A stretch of 63,478 nucleotides of DNA, counting the filler, from Nemertoderma westbladi (Eukaryota > Animalia > Xenacoelomorpha): assembly GCA_032718475.1 (NCBI GenBank). It is 3 parts of 3 records of this genome, joined end to end, with 100 filler letters (N's around TTAATTAATTAA, not from the genome) between each part and the next. Parts side by side here need not be neighbours in the genome. Positions count along the whole stretch, not along the records: positions 48,295 to 63,478 come from JAUCBJ010007663.1; 2 more parts are not named here. One strand, given 5' to 3'. How positions within the stretch are numbered: the stretch's first letter is position 1; every line of letters begins with the position of its first letter. The notes under the pieces were generated by a model. The model was not told the DNA's origin, ran no database searches, and saw only the letters and a program-made list of their open reading frames with translations. This document shows, one piece after another, positions 62,533 through 63,478 of this stretch. The position numbers and the translations under genes are program-made.

Positions 62533-62717
62533 TTGAGCATCGATTCAACGGATATCGACTTAACTCGGACGTTACACAGACGCCGCGGGAGTCGAGAGGT
62601 GTACGGACGAGTCGCCATGCCAACCGAATCCGTGTCGGAATGAGGCCGATTGTGTTATAACAAGGAGCTTCCCAACGTATAAGTGTGTCTGCGAGACTGA
62701 GTTGGGATCGTTTACAG
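62533..62717 (+). CDS. Laminin-G/EGF protein, internal exon (LamG end and EGF domain), with an apparent 1-bp frameshift
   Basis: ctag acceptor; LSIDSTDIDLT in one frame, then DAAGVERCTDESPCQPNPCRNEADCV...YKCVC..FTG in the +1 frame; donor gtgata at 62718. Confidence 0.75.
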
Positions 62718-63087
62718 GTGATATTCTCTTTGTTTATTATTGTTATAATAATAATAAGTTGTGCCTATTGAACCATAAAACTAGAGCGCTACCTTTCTTA
62801 ATAATAATAATAATAACAATTTAATTTTCAAGCCACCTCACAAACAATACAGAGATGCACCGCACCAAAAATTGTTTCTCTACTACTGGAGTCTTCAGTA
62901 ATCGCAATGTATCGCAGATATTCCAATGGTAGTTTCTATTTGTAGAAAGTTGTATGAATGTATTATCTGACCTATTCGATAGATTATATTAATGTTTGGG
63001 CTATTACAGTAGTTTTCATTAAATTTTATAAATCAGATTCAGAAATATTCATGGGGAAACGACTTACATTAAATCAGATGGCGGCTT

Positions 63088-63291
63088 GGGGTAGTTCATA
63101 AAGGACGTCCGAGGTCAGAGGGGGGGGGGGGGGGGGGGGGGGGGGTATCTTCAAAATCAAAATACCATAGATTACAGCGGAATACAGTTGCATTGCTGAC
63201 GGGATGTATGATATTGGCAAAAACCGGACGATCTTGGGCAGGGGGGGGTCCAAAAATCCGGATTTACCGGATGTCGTTTATGGATGACCCT
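63088..63291. mobile_element. Small degenerate MITE
   Basis: gggtagttcataaaggacgtcc versus ggatgtcgtttatggatgaccc. Confidence 0.5.
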
Positions 63292-63327
63292 TGGACATTC
63301 AAAATAACATAAATATATATACTATCA

Positions 63328-63452
63328 TACTACTACTACTAGGATCGGCATGCTGCACTTGCAGCTGCATTTTTAAGAATGTTGTGCCGGCTTATTCGAC
63401 AAATTGCGCCGCCACAACTCCCTATCACCCATGACATTTGCTAGATCATCCG
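63328..63452 (-). mobile_element. RTE LINE 3' end (intronic)
   Basis: tactactactactaggatcggcatgctgca...ccctatcacccatgacatttgctagatcatccg. Confidence 0.85.
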
Positions 63453-63478
63453 TAACTATCTATTAGTTTCTATCCTTT

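Overview
Repeat-rich genomic DNA from an AT-rich, intron-containing eukaryote, most likely an invertebrate animal; the species cannot be determined from the sequence. It has two 100-bp scaffold gaps. Conventional genes are the large terminal exon of an M1 aminopeptidase (APN/ERAP-like), intronless RPB5 (POLR2E), intronless proline dehydrogenase, an initiator tRNA-Met, and three exons of a laminin-G/EGF extracellular protein of the agrin/perlecan/pikachurin type. The rest is mobile DNA and satellites: a Ty3/gypsy LTR element, RTE, RTEX-like, CR1 and CRE non-LTR fragments, a tRNA-derived SINE family, Helentron-like elements carrying tandem repeats, and many MITEs. The main discovery is absent from the ORF track: two tandemly duplicated two-exon genes (12836-15884 and 17652-21900). 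Each encodes a secreted 63-64 aa precursor made of a signal peptide, a short basic pro-segment and a 6-Cys C-C-CC-C-C inhibitor-cystine-knot peptide, the same framework as conotoxin VI/VII. They are a candidate undescribed toxin or defence peptide family.
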